A stretch of 64,000 nucleotides of DNA from Eledone cirrhosa. Taxonomy: Eukaryota. The notes beneath the pieces are model-generated. The model had not been told where the DNA came from and did no database searches. It saw only the letters and a list, made by a program, of their open reading frames with translations. The first letter of the stretch is position 1. Every line of letters starts with the position of its first letter. The stretch covers positions 20,646,001 through 20,710,000 of the forward strand of contig OZ024743.1 in the NCBI GenBank assembly GCA_964016885.1, read 5' to 3'. Below are positions 50,787-63,930 of the stretch, piece by piece. The position numbers and the translations under genes are program-made.

Positions 50787-53700
50787 ATGCCAAAGATAAA
50801 GATAAAGACAAATTCACCTCGTGGACGAGAATGCGAGCACTCCTTATTGTTTCGACCGCGGGCGGCTAATATAACCCCATCGCCCCCCGCCCCCCACCGC
50901 CCCCAACCCCCAAACGCAATCCAAAACTTCAGAGTTGGTACCATAAATGTAGGCACCCTAAAGGGTCGCGCTAACGAGGTTGTAGAAATGCTTGAACGTA
51001 AGGAGGTCGATGTTTGTTGTATTCAAGAGACCAGGTGGAGGGGTGGGTCTGCTAGATTCATTGAGGGTAAAAAACGATGTTATAAGCTTTTCTGGGTGGG
51101 AAACGACGATGGGCTGGGTGGAGTAGGAATCATGGTAGCAGAAAAGTGGGCAGATAAGATAATAGACGTAAATAGAGTGAACGACAGAATAATTAAAATA
51201 CGACTTGTCCTCAATAGAACTACGGTGACAGTAATATCTGCGTACGCACCCCAATCCGGACTGCCCGGCACTATAAAAGACAGATTCTATGAGACACTGA
51301 TGCTAACTACCTCCCAAATATCCGACAGTGACTATATAATTATTGCAGGCGACCTAAATGGTCACGTTGGACAACATTGTGACGGCTACGACGAAATCCA
51401 TGGAGGCTATGGGTTTGGTACTAGAAATGAGGAAGGCTCCAGAATCCTGGAATTCTGTGATGTAAATAACCTAACTATCTGTAACACTAACTTCAAAAAA
51501 CGTGACAATCACCTGATCACCTATAGATCCGGGGAACACACAAGCCAGGTAGATTATATCCTCACCAGAAGACGTGACAGAGTGTCTGTTGTAAACACTA
51601 AATCCCTCCCCCATGAAGAATGCACCTCCCAACATAGACTGATAATTAGCGACCTCATAGTCAGGACGAGACGTACTCGACAGCAGAAGAGGACTATCCT
51701 CAGGAGAAAAATATGGAAGCTAAAGGACCCCACAGCCAGGAATAAATTTCAAAGCATATTACTTGATGCTTTCGACAGTAAGGAAGAACATTTAGAGTCG
51801 GACAATATAGGGGGAGAGTAGGAATTTCTGAAAGCAAACCTGCTGTTGGCGACAGACGAAGTCTGTGGCTGGAGCAGGCCTGTAGGCAGGAGGAGAGTAA
51901 CATGGTTGTGGAACAGTAAGGTGGAGGGGTCAATTAAGGCCAAAAAGCAGGCTTGGAAAGTATGGCGGGATGGGGAAGTAGAGAAGACTATCAAGTGGCC
52001 AGGAGGGAAGCTAGGAGACAAGTGTACTTAGCAAGAAGGGAAGCTGAGGAAAGAAAGTTCAAGCATGTTCTACAACGCGAGGACCAAAAACGTGAGGTGT
52101 TCAGGATTGCTAGGCAATGCGTCAAGGAAAACCGTGATATTGTCGGGGAGAAGTGTGTACTAAACGATGATGGCGCACTTGCCATCACCGACGCTGATAA
52201 GAAGGTAGCTTGGAAGTGTCACTGTGAAAGGCTACTAAATGAGGAGAATAAATGGGAGAAAGACAGTCTCCCCCATATCGACCCAATAGAGGGACCAGCA
52301 GTGTTAGGCGAGGGGAGTATAATAAGTAGGGCAATCAAGGATATGAAGACGGGTAAGGCGGCTGGGCCTTCGGAAATAGTTGCTGAGATGCTGAAGGCAT
52401 CTGGCACGGTGGGACACACCATGGTCACCCGCATAGTTAACCAAGTCGTACAGAATGGGGTTGTTCCGAAGGACTGGCATAGCAGCATCATCGTTAACTG
52501 TTATAAGGGTAAAGGAGACGCCCTAGATAGGAGTAACTATAGAGGCATTAAATTAATCGACCAGGTCATGAAGGTCACGGAAAAAGTAATAGCACAACTA
52601 ATCAGAGAGAGAATTGACCTAGATGAAATGCAGTTCGGGTTTGTGTCAGGCAAAAGTACCACAGACGCTCTTTTCATTGTACGACAACTACAGGAGAAGT
52701 ACCTAGCTAAAGGTAAACCCCTCTACTTAGCTTTTGTCGACTTGGAGAAAGCCTTCGACAGAGTCCCCCGCTCCATTATCTGGTGGGCTCTTAGAAAACT
52801 AGGCGTTGACGAATGGCTTGTGAGGGCTATACAAGCCATGTATAAAGAAACAGTCAGCAAGGTTAGAATTAACAACGAATATAGTGAAGAGTTTAGCGTA
52901 AAAGTTGGCGTCCATCAGGGCTCTGTTCTCAGCCCCCTACTATTTATTATTGCCCTTCAGGCTATAACAGAGGAGTTCAAGACCGGCTGCCCATGGGAAC
53001 TCCTATACGCAGACGACCTGACACTCATAGCGGAATCAATGGCCGAGCTAGAGAAGAAATTCCAAACATGGAAGCACGGCCTAGAATCAAAAGGCCTTAA
53101 AATTAACCTGGCTAAGACTAAAGTTCTAGTTTGTAGGAAAGAAAATAAGGCGGCGGTCCCTTCTGGGAAATGGTCGTGCTTGGTGTGTAGGAAAGGCGTA
53201 GGTAGAAACTCCATTTTATGTCCTAAATGCAAAGTATGGGTGCATAAAAGATGTAGTGGGATCACGGGTAAGCTAACTAAGAACATAGATTTTACATGTG
53301 GCCGGTGCTCTGGTGCAATAAGTAGCAGCAAGTGCCCACAAAATACTACCTCTTTCAATTGCGCAGAGGGTTCTAAAGAAATAGTGGACAGTTTCCGTTA
53401 CCTGGGTGATAAAATCAGCAGTGGGGGAGGGTGCTCTGAAAGTACAGTAGCTAGAGTCAGAACTGGTTGGAAAAAGTTCAGAGAGCTTATACCACTATTA
53501 GCTGCTAAAGGGTTCTCCCTAAAAATGAAAGGCAGGTTGTACGATGCCTGCATACGAACAGGAATGTTGCATGGCAGTGAGACCTGGGCATTGTGTGCAG
53601 AGGATATACGCAGACTAGAGAGGAACGAAGCTTGCATGCTCCGCTGGATGTGTAACAGTAATATACGTGAACGGCAAAGCATAAACGAACTAAGGAAAAA

Positions 53701-53962
53701 ATTAGAAATAAGAGGGATCAGATGTCGTTTACTCGAGAGAAGGCTACGTTGGTATGGACACGTGATGCGCATGAAAGTCGATAGCTGTATAACAAAGTGC
53801 AGGGCAATAAAGATAGACGGTAGCCACGGAATAGGCAGACCTAGAAAAACCTGGGACGAGCTGATAAACTCCGACCTCACACACTTACACCTCTCCAAGA
53901 CAATGTCACTGGACCGAGACCTTTGGCGGTACTCAGTAACAGAGAAGACCCGCCTTACCTAA
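50787..53962 (+). pseudogene. RTE EN-RT polyprotein (~1058 aa if repaired), with one nonsense and one frameshift lesion
   Basis: APE motifs TINVGTL, IQETRW, SAYAPQ, GDLNGHVG, QVDYI, QHRLI. TAG at 51819-51821 at a Trp position; GGGG at 51972-51975 versus GGGGG in copy A. Confidence 0.92.
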
Positions 53963-54362
53963 ATACATAGTAAAACCTACTACAGTCAGTAGGCATCTCT
54001 AACAAATACCCCCCCCCCCACACCCCCCCACCCCACCCACCCATCCACACCACCCCGCTCTATGTAAAGTTATGTTGGTGCCACACCATCCAGGCCAAAA
54101 CAAATGAGATCGTGTAGGTGTCACGACAAAAAAACACACAGTCCACGCTGTAATGTGGCCGTGTAGGCAACACGGTAAAAACCTCCCAGACCCACACTGT
54201 AAATGTGGTTGGTGTTAGGAAGGGCATCCAACTGTAGAAAACCTGCCACAGTCCTATGCGAGCAAGACAATCACTCTTGCCTCAAGTGGGACTACCCCCG
54301 TCCAAACCCATGCAAGCGTGGAACACGGACGTTAAATGTTGATGATGATGATGATGATGATG

Positions 54363-54364
<2 letters not shown>

Positions 54365-54393
<29 letters not shown>

Positions 54394-54545
54394 AGTGGTG
54401 TGTGTGTTTGTATGCATGCATGAGTGTTGGTGTGTGAGTGGTGTGTGTGTTTGTATGCATGAATGAGTGTTGGTGTGTGAGTGGCGTGTGTGTTTGTGGT
54501 TTGTATGCATCAGTGTTGGTGTGTGAGTGTGTGTGCGTGTTGTGT
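54365..54545. repeat. (TA)n plus degenerate (TG)n minisatellite
   Basis: Repeated GTGTGAGTGGTGTGTGTGTTTGTATGCAT units. Confidence 0.9.
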
Positions 54546-54589
54546 CAATAAGCGGTTTTTTTTGGGGGGTTTTTTTTATGACCATGCTG

Positions 54590-57500
54590 TAAAATGGAGG
54601 GGTAGAGAGGGATCTTGAGTCTAGTAAGACATCCTCTCTAGTGCTGGTGGCACAAATAAAAGCACCCAGTCCATGCTGTAAAGTGGCACTGGTGTTAGGG
54701 AGGGCATCCAACCAGTGTATCAATGCCAAAACGCTTATCAGCACAGCAACAAATAGGAACAACAACAAAGTATGAAGACGTCGCATCTCAGAGTTGCAAC
54801 ACTTAATGTTGGCACTCTCAGAGGTAGATCTGCTGAAATAGCGGAGATGCTGGAGAGAAGGCATGTGGATGTGTGCTGCGTGCAAGAGGTGAGATGGAGA
54901 GGTGCCTCTGCGAGACTAGTCGTAGGCAAACGTCTTAGCTATAAGCTTTTCTGGATAAGTAAGGATGATGGGTTAGGGGGAGTAGGCATTTTCCTGGCTG
55001 AGAGATGGATCAATAAGATAATAGAGGTAGTTCGAGTTAGTAATCGAATAATTAAGCTTAGATTAGTTGTAGGCAGGAGACTACTGACAATCATCTCTGC
55101 CTATGCTCCCCAAGCAGGCCTAGGCAAAGATGAGAAAGACTGCTTTTACGATCAACTTTTACAAACAACCGCAATGACAGAGGACAGAGACATTGTTATA
55201 CTAGCAGGAGACTTCAATGGTCATGTTGGACAGCTCCAGGATGGTTACACTGGGGTACATGGTGGGCACGATTACGGCTCAAGAAATGAAGAAGGAGTGA
55301 GACTTTTTGAATTTTGTGATGCAGGTACACTGACTATTTGCAACACAAACTTCCAGAAACCTGCCAATCACCTAATAACCTACAAATCTGGCGAGCACAT
55401 AAGCCAGATTGACTTCTTACTAGTTAGGCAGCGGGACAGGCAGATAGTGTCTAATACCAAGGCATACCCTGGGGAAGAATGTACCCCACAGCATAGGTTA
55501 GTCGTTAGTGATATCTCAGTAAGCAAGAGATGGAATGAGACATACAGGAAGGTGTGGAGAAGAAAGGTCTGGAAGCTAAAAGACCTTTCACTAAAATACA
55601 AATTTAGGAAAGCCCTTCATGATGTATATGACGAAAAAGAAGACGATTTAGAGACGTATGACATAGATAATAACTGGAATTTCTTACGTGACAACTTGCT
55701 GCAGACTACTGATGAAACTTGTGGCTGATGAAACTTGTTACTGATGAAACTTGAGACAAAAGACTAGCATGGAAGGCTTGGAAAAAGGGTGGGAGTAGGG
55801 AAGAATATACAGCCGCTAAGAGAGAAGCTAGACGTCAGGTGTACTTAGCACGCAGGGAGGCTGAGAGTAGGAGGTTTGCCAATGTTCTGCGACGGGAAGA
55901 TCAGAGGCGTGCGGTGTTCCACATTGCAAGGCAGTGTGTCAATGCAAATCAGAAAGTTGTTGGAGATAAATGTGTCTGGGATGATGCCGGTGTACTTAGT
56001 GTCACGAATGATCAGAAAAAGGAGGCCTGGAAATGTCATTATGAGAGACTGATGAATGTGGAGAATGATTGGGAGAGAGAGAAATTACCCTTAGTAAATC
56101 CGACAGAGCGACCAGCTATTGAGATTCACGAATATAGGGTCCAAGAGGCGATTAAGGAAATGAAAAATGGTACGGCTGCTGGACCATTTGGAATAGTTGC
56201 TGAGATGCTGAAGGCATCAGGGGACGTAGGGACTAAACTGGTTGCACGCATCATCAATCAGGCTATATATGGTGGTGTCATACCCAAAGACTGGTGCAGC
56301 AGTATTCTCATAAATTGCTACAAAGGTAAAGGGGATGGTCTGGAGAGTAGCAATTATAGGGGTATAAAACTGATGGATCAGGTTATGAAAGTGGCAGAAA
56401 GGATATTAGCACAACTAATTAGAGAAAGGGTCAAACTAGATGAGATGCAGTTTGGTTTTGTGCCTGGGAAGAGTACAACATATGCCCTCTTCTTGGTGAG
56501 ACAATTGCAAGAGAGGTTCTTAGAGAAAAATAAGCCACTATACTTAGCCTTTGTTGACCTAGAGAAGGCCTTTGATAGGGTACCCCGATCTGTCATCTGG
56601 TGGTCCCTAAGGAAGCTAGATGTTGAGGACAGTGCAAACTTTGTACAGAGGTACTCTCAGTAAAGTCAGGGTAGGAATGGAGTTTAGTGAGGAATTCCAG
56701 ATACAAGTAGGAGTACATCAAGGTTCGGTCCTCAGCCCGCTCTTGTTCATTAGTCCTCCAAGCCATAACAGAGAAGTTTAAGACTGGCTGTCTATGGGAA
56801 CTTCTCTATGCTGACAATCTGGTTCTTATAGCAGAATCAGTAGAGGAGCTAGAGAATAAATTCTGGCTATGGAAACAGCAGTTGGAAGCAAGAGGACTGA
56901 GAGTGAATCTAGCTAAGACAAAAGTGTTGATGAGTAGAAAAGAGGACAAAATTCTGATTCCGTCAGGGAAATGGCCATGTTCGATATGCAGAAAAGGAAC
57001 TGGCATAAATTCTATAAAATGCACACAAAGCAGATACTGGGTCCACGAGAGATGTAGCGGGATAGCAGGCAAACTAACAGGTAGGGAGAAATATGTATGC
57101 AGTAGATGTACAGGGAAATTAGACAGTAGAAGTCGCATTGATAGACACATTTTTCAAATGCAGGAGGGCGCTATAGAAGTGGTTGATAGCTTCCGGTACC
57201 TAGAAGATCAGATTAGCATGGGAGGAGGGTGTTCCGAGGCCATAGTATCTAGAATAAGGATGGGTTGGAAGAAGTTTAGGGAGCTGCTTCCTCTGTTGAC
57301 GAAGAAGGGTTTCTCACTGCGTACGAAAGGCCGGTTGTATGATGCCTGTGTGAGGAGCGCGATTCTGCATGGTAGTGAGATATGGGCAGCAACTGCAGAG
57401 GATATGCCTCGGCTGGAGAGAAATGAGGCAAGCATGCTCCGTTGGATGTGCAGTGTAAATGTGCGTGAATGACCCAGCATGAATGTGTTGAGAGAGAAAC

Positions 57501-57797
57501 TGTGTCTGAGTGGGATAGAATGTAGTGTACGGGAGAGGAGACTGAGGTGGTATGGACATGTGATGCGCATGGAGGATGACCGATGGGTGAAGAAGTGCCA
57601 GGAAATGCCAGTTGAAGGAAGACATGGTAGAGGTAGACCACGACAAACATGGGCGGAGGTGGTGAGAACAGACCTCAGATCGTTGTAGCTCACGGTGGAG
57701 ATTACGAAGGACCGTGACGAGTGGAGAGATGCTGTGCTGAATAAGACCCGTCCCACCCTTGCAAGCAGGGAAAAGCGGATATAAAATGATGATGATG
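54590..57797 (+). mobile_element. RTE LINE copy C (different subfamily), full length but decayed
   Basis: EN ORF 54772-55728; RT fragments 55839-56663, 56882-57472 and 57479-57688; frameshifts, stops, YADD changed to YADN (~56807-56818); short 3' UTR and (GAT)n tail. Confidence 0.93.
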
Positions 57798-59765
57798 AAT
57801 TATTTCAAAAGAAATAATGAATATAAAGGCATCAAGAAAGAAATGGAATTTTTACCATTGATGGATACTTGTTTTTATTAACTATTTTTAATTGTTTTTA
57901 ATTCTGTAACCAAATATATTTAGTGTAGTGCATAAATCTAGGAAATGCACATAAACATTATTCAATGATATTTCACTCTTTCAGCTCCCTAAATTGATTT
58001 TATTTTGTTTGCAACAAGAATAAATTATATTTAAGAGGCTACGCCATGTAGTATAACAGTATTGTATGTAATATAATATGATGCCAGGGAAATGTTTCAA
58101 GGGCAAATGAGATTTCAAGTCACTGAGGCATTAGAAATAAAATGCAATGTTAATAGCTTTAAATTATTGATTTAATTATAACTAGAACAAAATATAAAGC
58201 AATGTGTTGACGATTGTTCAAACTATATCATTCAATCCTAATTACTGTTGATAGAAATAGCACAGATGTATGATATGCACACACGCACAAACACACACTT
58301 GTACATATGGTGCATCCCAGAAGCACACAGTTGATTTTCTACTGACTAGTAGGTTGGTAAGTCTTGAGAGATAAATAGAAAACGTCAAGTTATACCTTAA
58401 ATTTGCTTGATGTCTGATAGTATAATGGGTGAGTAGCCACAGTTGCTTCCTCACTAATAATACCACAAAGAACCATTGAAATTACTTGAATTGTTGAAAT
58501 ATCAAGCAAGCTCAGGTCATTAAATTGAAATACTTATAGCATCTCTTGTGTCTGTTATTCACTCTTTATGTTCATTGCATCACACCTTTCATGTCGAATT
58601 GGTCATTACTGGTCGCAGAAGTACCATAAAATTAACTATTAAAATTCCTAAATGAACTAATAAAATTGATTCTATTTTCAATGTGCTTAGGTATATATTT
58701 GGCTTTTTTTCCATTTATAAACATTGTCATCATCATTGTTATCTTTTTCACATCTGTTTTTTTTTTTCTTTTTCTTTTTTCTGCCAATCAGGCATTGGTT
58801 GGAAAGGCCTGAAATCCTCTCACCATTCACCTTAACCTTTTTTCTTAGTAAATAATTATCTGTATTGAAATGTATATAAAATATGAAATTAAAATTTATC
58901 ATCATCATTATCATAATCATTGTTTTATGTTCGTTTTCCTTGTTATTAAGGGTTGGATGTGTCATCACAGAGTGGTCAGTACTCAAACAGAAATGCTGAT
59001 TGTCAATGGCTATCATATAGTATCAACGTAAAGTTGTTTATATTAATTGATCTACTTCAGTACTTAATTGTTAATAAGATTGGCCCATTCAGCTGTTAAG
59101 AGGAATAATCAAGAAAGTATTTTATGTATTTCAAATTATTTGAAATTGCACTATATTATTGCAGAAACGTTTTTAATATATATTTGACTATGGCAAATAG
59201 TAGTTTCAACATATTAACTGAGGTAGTAGTAATTCCAATTTCTGTGAAGTGTTTATGTAATTTTAATCTCCTGTATCAATGCACAAGTGTTGTTGATATT
59301 TGGTAAATTGGTTTGTAATAAAAATATTTCTTGTGCAGTTAAAAATGTTAGCTCTTGGGGATTAATGTATTGAAAATATGTTACTCATCAAAACCCTATT
59401 TAAACATTTATTTTATCTCTCTTTATTATATCTAGTGTCGTATAATCTAAAATGAAAGGAAAAACATCATTTGAAAATACTCCAGTCTCCAAATTAACTT
59501 ATGAACAAGTGAACTCAAATAAGAAAATATTGTGTTCAAACATTAACTCTTTAAGCACGAAACTCAACATATATCGTGTGAAATACATCATAGGAATTAT
59601 GATTGCTAAATAAAATATCTCAGAAATGATATACACAATCGTTATATATATTTTGAACTTTTGTGGCAATAGTCATTTTTTTATTATAAAACTACTTATT
59701 AGTAAGCATATAAAATTTTGTCATGCTTTGTTTAATAATAATAATTATAGTTTTTAATAGAATGA

Positions 59766-60640
59766 TCTTCTCTTCTTCTTTGCCCAATTATATCTAAGAG
59801 GGTAATGGGGGTGGGGGGGCAGAGTCCTCAGATACTCCTTCCAGCGGGTCCTGTCAGAAGTACCATCTCCAACTGGTCTGGTTGGATCCCCAAGCGAGAT
59901 CAGCCAACCTCATGCATATTATCCAACCATCTTGTTTGGGGTCTACCCGTGGGTATCCTGCCGCTTGGTTTTGCCTGTAAAATCTGACCAGCAATTCTTT
60001 CTTAAGACATTCTAACCACATGCCCATAGTATTGGAGCTGTGATCTCACAATTCAGAGAATCAGCAGCTCTACCTATTGTATCTCTGATCTCCGAGCTAT
60101 GTATTGCATCAAGTAACGTTACTCCAAAGAGCCTTTGGAGGAACCTCATTTTGGCCGCTTGTATTCGCAATTATATTCTTTTGGTCATTATCCAAGATTT
60201 ATGACCATAAATAAGGGTTGGCATGAATATTGATAGCGAGTTTGGCTTTAACACTTGCCCCCTTCTTCAGATTACTGAATTCTGAAACTGGAGCATTACT
60301 GCATCAGCTCCTGCAATTCTTGCACTTAATTCAGCAGCCTCATGCCTTCCATCACTCGTGAACATGGCCCCAAGATACTTGAATTTCTCCACCTACTTCA
60401 GTGGAACTCCATTCCCATGTAGAGTGCACTGCACAGGCTTCCTTGAGAGGACGAATGTCTAAATTTTTGCAGTGCTGATTTTCATTCCAGCCATGCAGCA
60501 CTCAGCATCAAAGCTATCACATGCAAGTCGGAGATCAGCTTCTGTCGAGTTAAGTAACACCGGGTCATCTGCAAATTTCAGCCGACTGATTTTACACCCA
60601 CCATTCATGATACCACTTCCAACCTGACTGTGACAAATAT
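59766..60640 (-). mobile_element. 5'-truncated RTE (Expander-like) LINE fragment with (AAG)n tail
   Basis: Minus strand KFADD, GMKISTAK, EKFKYLG, PTLIYGH, QLQYYGHV, GRPQTRW. Confidence 0.85.
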
Positions 60641-61139
60641 GAATTATCAACTTATTTCTGATCTGAGTATTTTAATTTATTATGTAATTAGATTGTTATA
60701 GAGTGTTATTTTACCAATGTTTATATATAGAAGAGTGTTTAAAAGTCAAGAAGAAAACTTATCAGTAATTACACTTTTCTCCCTGATTACATTTTCAAGC
60801 AACTCTTAAGAAATTAAGAAAACTTACAGCTAACTATTAAGAAAATTAAGAAAACTTATAGCTAACTATTCAAGTGTGCAGTTTGGTAGAAAATCAATTC
60901 CTAAATATACTAATTTCAAAGCTTAGCAAAAAAAACATCCATTTTTTTAGGAAACAAGTATCATCAGGTAAATTGATTGTCATACTTTTCTGGTTTTTAT
61001 TGATCCCAACCTTGATTAATGAAAGCCGAGGTCAACCCAAACAGGATTTTAACATGAATATTATGTACATAAATACTACAGGGTATTGAGTTCTTCATTC
61101 TACCATTTCTGCGCTATCATTTTTTTTTTCTTTTGCTCA

Positions 61140-61520
61140 TAATCATCATTCAACGTCTATTTTCCATCCCCTGCATGGCTTAGATTTTCTGTCATGTTAT
61201 GAAGCTAGACAAGTCAGGTGATCATACCTTGTTCATACAATCTATTTTTTGGCTTGGTTTTCTACAGTTGGATGCTCTTCCTAATGCTAACCACTTTGCA
61301 GTGTATACTGGGTGCTTCTTGTTGGATAGCACACCCACCTTACAGAGTGGGCTGGGTGATTTTTGTCATGACACTGGAACTACTTCATTACAATACTAGG
61401 GTGCTCAGTGTATGAGGTTAAGGAAGAGTCTATAAGAGTTAGATGCTTACCGGAGGCAAAGTCATCCCACCATGAGACAAAGAAGTGTTGGGTTATGGAA
61501 GTGACCTGAAGCAGGTGGGT
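61140..61520 (-). mobile_element. Degenerate RTE 3' end
   Basis: CATCATTCAACGTCTATTTTCCAT...CTACAGTTGGATGCTCTTCCTAATGC. Confidence 0.7.
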
Positions 61521-62267
61521 GATGTCTTACATATTGTGAAACATATATTAAATATATCTATGTATGCTAGTTCTGTAAAGCTACTGATGAGCTAAATCCA
61601 TTGCTTGGTCTTTATATATATCCTTAGTGATATATTCATTTCATCACTTTTACTGTTAAGGTTGGTATGAATATTACAAATCTTATTTCTCTTAGAAATA
61701 TGATATAGTACAAGAATTGTCTGCTTGCATGTATGTTCCATCTATATATAATATGAAAATAAATGTTGTTGTTTAGTGCCAGGTCAGCTCTACTTGAGTA
61801 GACATATTATCAAAAGAGTTCCAGCTGTGAATATTATGTCATATTTTCAGGTATAATATACATTTTCTTGCATTAATCCACACACACACACTGCATATGT
61901 CTACCTGTCAGCCAATCAAGGCTATGGAAACATGGACTTATAAATGATTATATATATACTCTGTATATTTTGTGTTAGTTAATCAAATGACACTAATGTA
62001 CCCAGGATTGAGTACATGATGAAATAGACATGTAGATTTGTATACTCCTGTCAGAAGGGGTTTGAGGAAACAACACCAATAACCTGCCCATAGCATATCA
62101 CAGAATGGAATCTGCAGGAGTAATTTTTATTTATGTAGTTTTTTGTTCATGTAATAGCTGTCTGATAAGGTTGTAACTGTTATATAACAGTTACCATCAT
62201 ATTATGTATAACAGAGATTATATAATCAATAAAATGAGATACATATTAACCTACTGGCTTCCACTGT

Positions 62268-62368
62268 CTTATATAGTACATTTAAAGTTTCATACACTTA
62301 ACATGTATGCACGACCTTAGGTCACACTTATATGTTAAGAGTATGAAACTTTAAATATACTAAATAAG
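62268..62368. repeat. Degenerate ~100-bp palindrome
   Basis: CTTATATAGTACATTTAAAGTTTCATAC-ACTTAACAT / ATGTTAAG-AGTATGAAACTTTAAATATACTAAATAAG. Confidence 0.85.
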
Positions 62369-62540
62369 CTCTTTTCCACGAGATTGTGCATTATTTTCCT
62401 TGACCTTTTATCTATGGATCTCCTACATATACGTGTATATATATAGTAATAATAATAAATGTGAAGACTAAAATCCAAAGAGGGCTCGATAAGGATAAAT
62501 ATATATCAAATATATAAGAACCCTAGAGCAAATATTTATC

Positions 62541-62612
62541 ATGTCACTCGTGTTACCTCAATTTGGGAATATATATATATATATTCCCAAATTGAGGTAA
62601 CACGAGTGACAT
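62541..62612. repeat. Perfect 72-bp palindrome centred on (AT)n
   Basis: ATGTCACTCGTGTTACCTCAATTTGGGA-(AT)n-TCCCAAATTGAGGTAACACGAGTGACAT. Confidence 0.95.
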
Positions 62613-63140
62613 AAGACAGACCCTGTCCACCCTGTAAGGTGGCCATGCTAATATCACAAACAAGTGGTTGCTGTTAGAAAAGCCAACCCAAGACTCTATG
62701 AGCAAGACATGGTCATCTGACCTCATAATTATGACAGCTCATCTAGCCCATGTTGAAAATAGATATTAAATGGTGATGAGGATGATGTTACGAACACACA
62801 CACACATCATCATCACCATCATCACCATTTTATGTCCATTTTATGTCCATTTTATGTCCATTTTCCACGCTAGCTTGGGTTAGACTGGTTGTCCTTTTGT
62901 GAGCAATGCCAGGTCGGGTGACCTTGTCTTGCTCATACAGGAACTGATTTTAGCTTGATTTCTACAGCTGGATGCTCTTCCTAACACCAACCTCATTTAC
63001 AGTGAGTACTAGGTGTTTTTTACTGTGGCGCCTACACAGTGTGGACTAAGTGCTTTTTTGTCGTGACACCTCCATGGCCACTTTGCAATGGGAAGGGGTG
63101 GGGGCATATTGTCTATATGCTTCAACTTCGGCTTGTACTG
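62613..63140. mobile_element. Two convergent RTE 3'-UTR fragments (62613-62787 +, 62805-63140 -)
   Basis: Family motifs and (GAT)n/(CAT)n tails meeting at a (CA)n tract; the minus copy closely matches 46749-47055. Confidence 0.8.
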
Positions 63141-63582
63141 ATATATATATATATATGTATACACATACATGTGTGTGTGCATATTATATCTTTATTATCT
63201 GTATGGAATATATAATAATTTAAACTTCTGATCAATATAATAAATAGTTTATTCTGATTTGTATTTGAACATTTAGAAAATACAAATCAGAAATTTTATT
63301 TTTCATCTCTGTTGCATTTTATTGTCGATTTATTGATCAGTTTATATTTGATATTTCAATAACATTTATTTAATCATTCTGAAACTAATATTATTTTGAT
63401 TACTGAATTTTGGATTAAAAGCAATATCTTTCGTTTTGATACATATAGTCAACTATTTCCGTTATTTTGCCATTATTCTGATGGGTAGCTGAATTATTTT
63501 CATTTCATTTTACTCACAATCTTGCTAACTGAATACATTGTTATTTTTGTAGTTGAGCAAAACATTGTTCATATTAGCTATT

Positions 63583-63930
63583 ATCATCATTTAACATCCA
63601 TCATCCATGCTAGCAAGTGTTGGGCAGGTTTTCATAGACTGAGGCAGTGCTGAAATGATGCTACTGACCTCACAGTTGGGCAGCATACTTACAACATGCT
63701 TATGTACATTCCCACTCTCTATCGAGTGCATTTTATCATAGTACCAGCACAAGCTGTGTTCTGTGAACAAGATGGCAAATACATTGATGCAGTGACACAT
63801 GCTGCATCAACCACTCCAACTTATGTGATTCATATTTCGAGCAGGATGAACTCCTCCCAATTTTGCAGAAGTAAATGGCAGTTCTGGGATTGTATACACC
63901 AGATGGAGGTGTCAGAGACAGTAGCAATCT
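63583..63930 (-). mobile_element. Old RTE 3' fragment
   Basis: Minus strand LCWYYDKM (from LRWYGHVM); CATCATTTAACATCC tail. Confidence 0.6.

Larger units (their letters stand above)
50011..54364 (+). mobile_element. RTE LINE copy B, near full length (5' boundary 50011 or ~50283)
   Basis: 5' UTR, APE endonuclease, RT, zinc finger, 3' UTR and (GAT)n tail; followed by (TA)n. Confidence 0.93.

Noticed and set aside
55709-55753. CTGATGA repeats as hammerhead cores
   Set aside because: Part of the LINE coding sequence (TDET); no helices or GAAA arrangement.
47635-57756. Antisense ORFs over the RTE copies
   Set aside because: Shadow frames of the LINE coding strand.
61584-61612. CTGATGAGC...GC as hammerhead
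   Set aside because: No GAAA or helix III follows.
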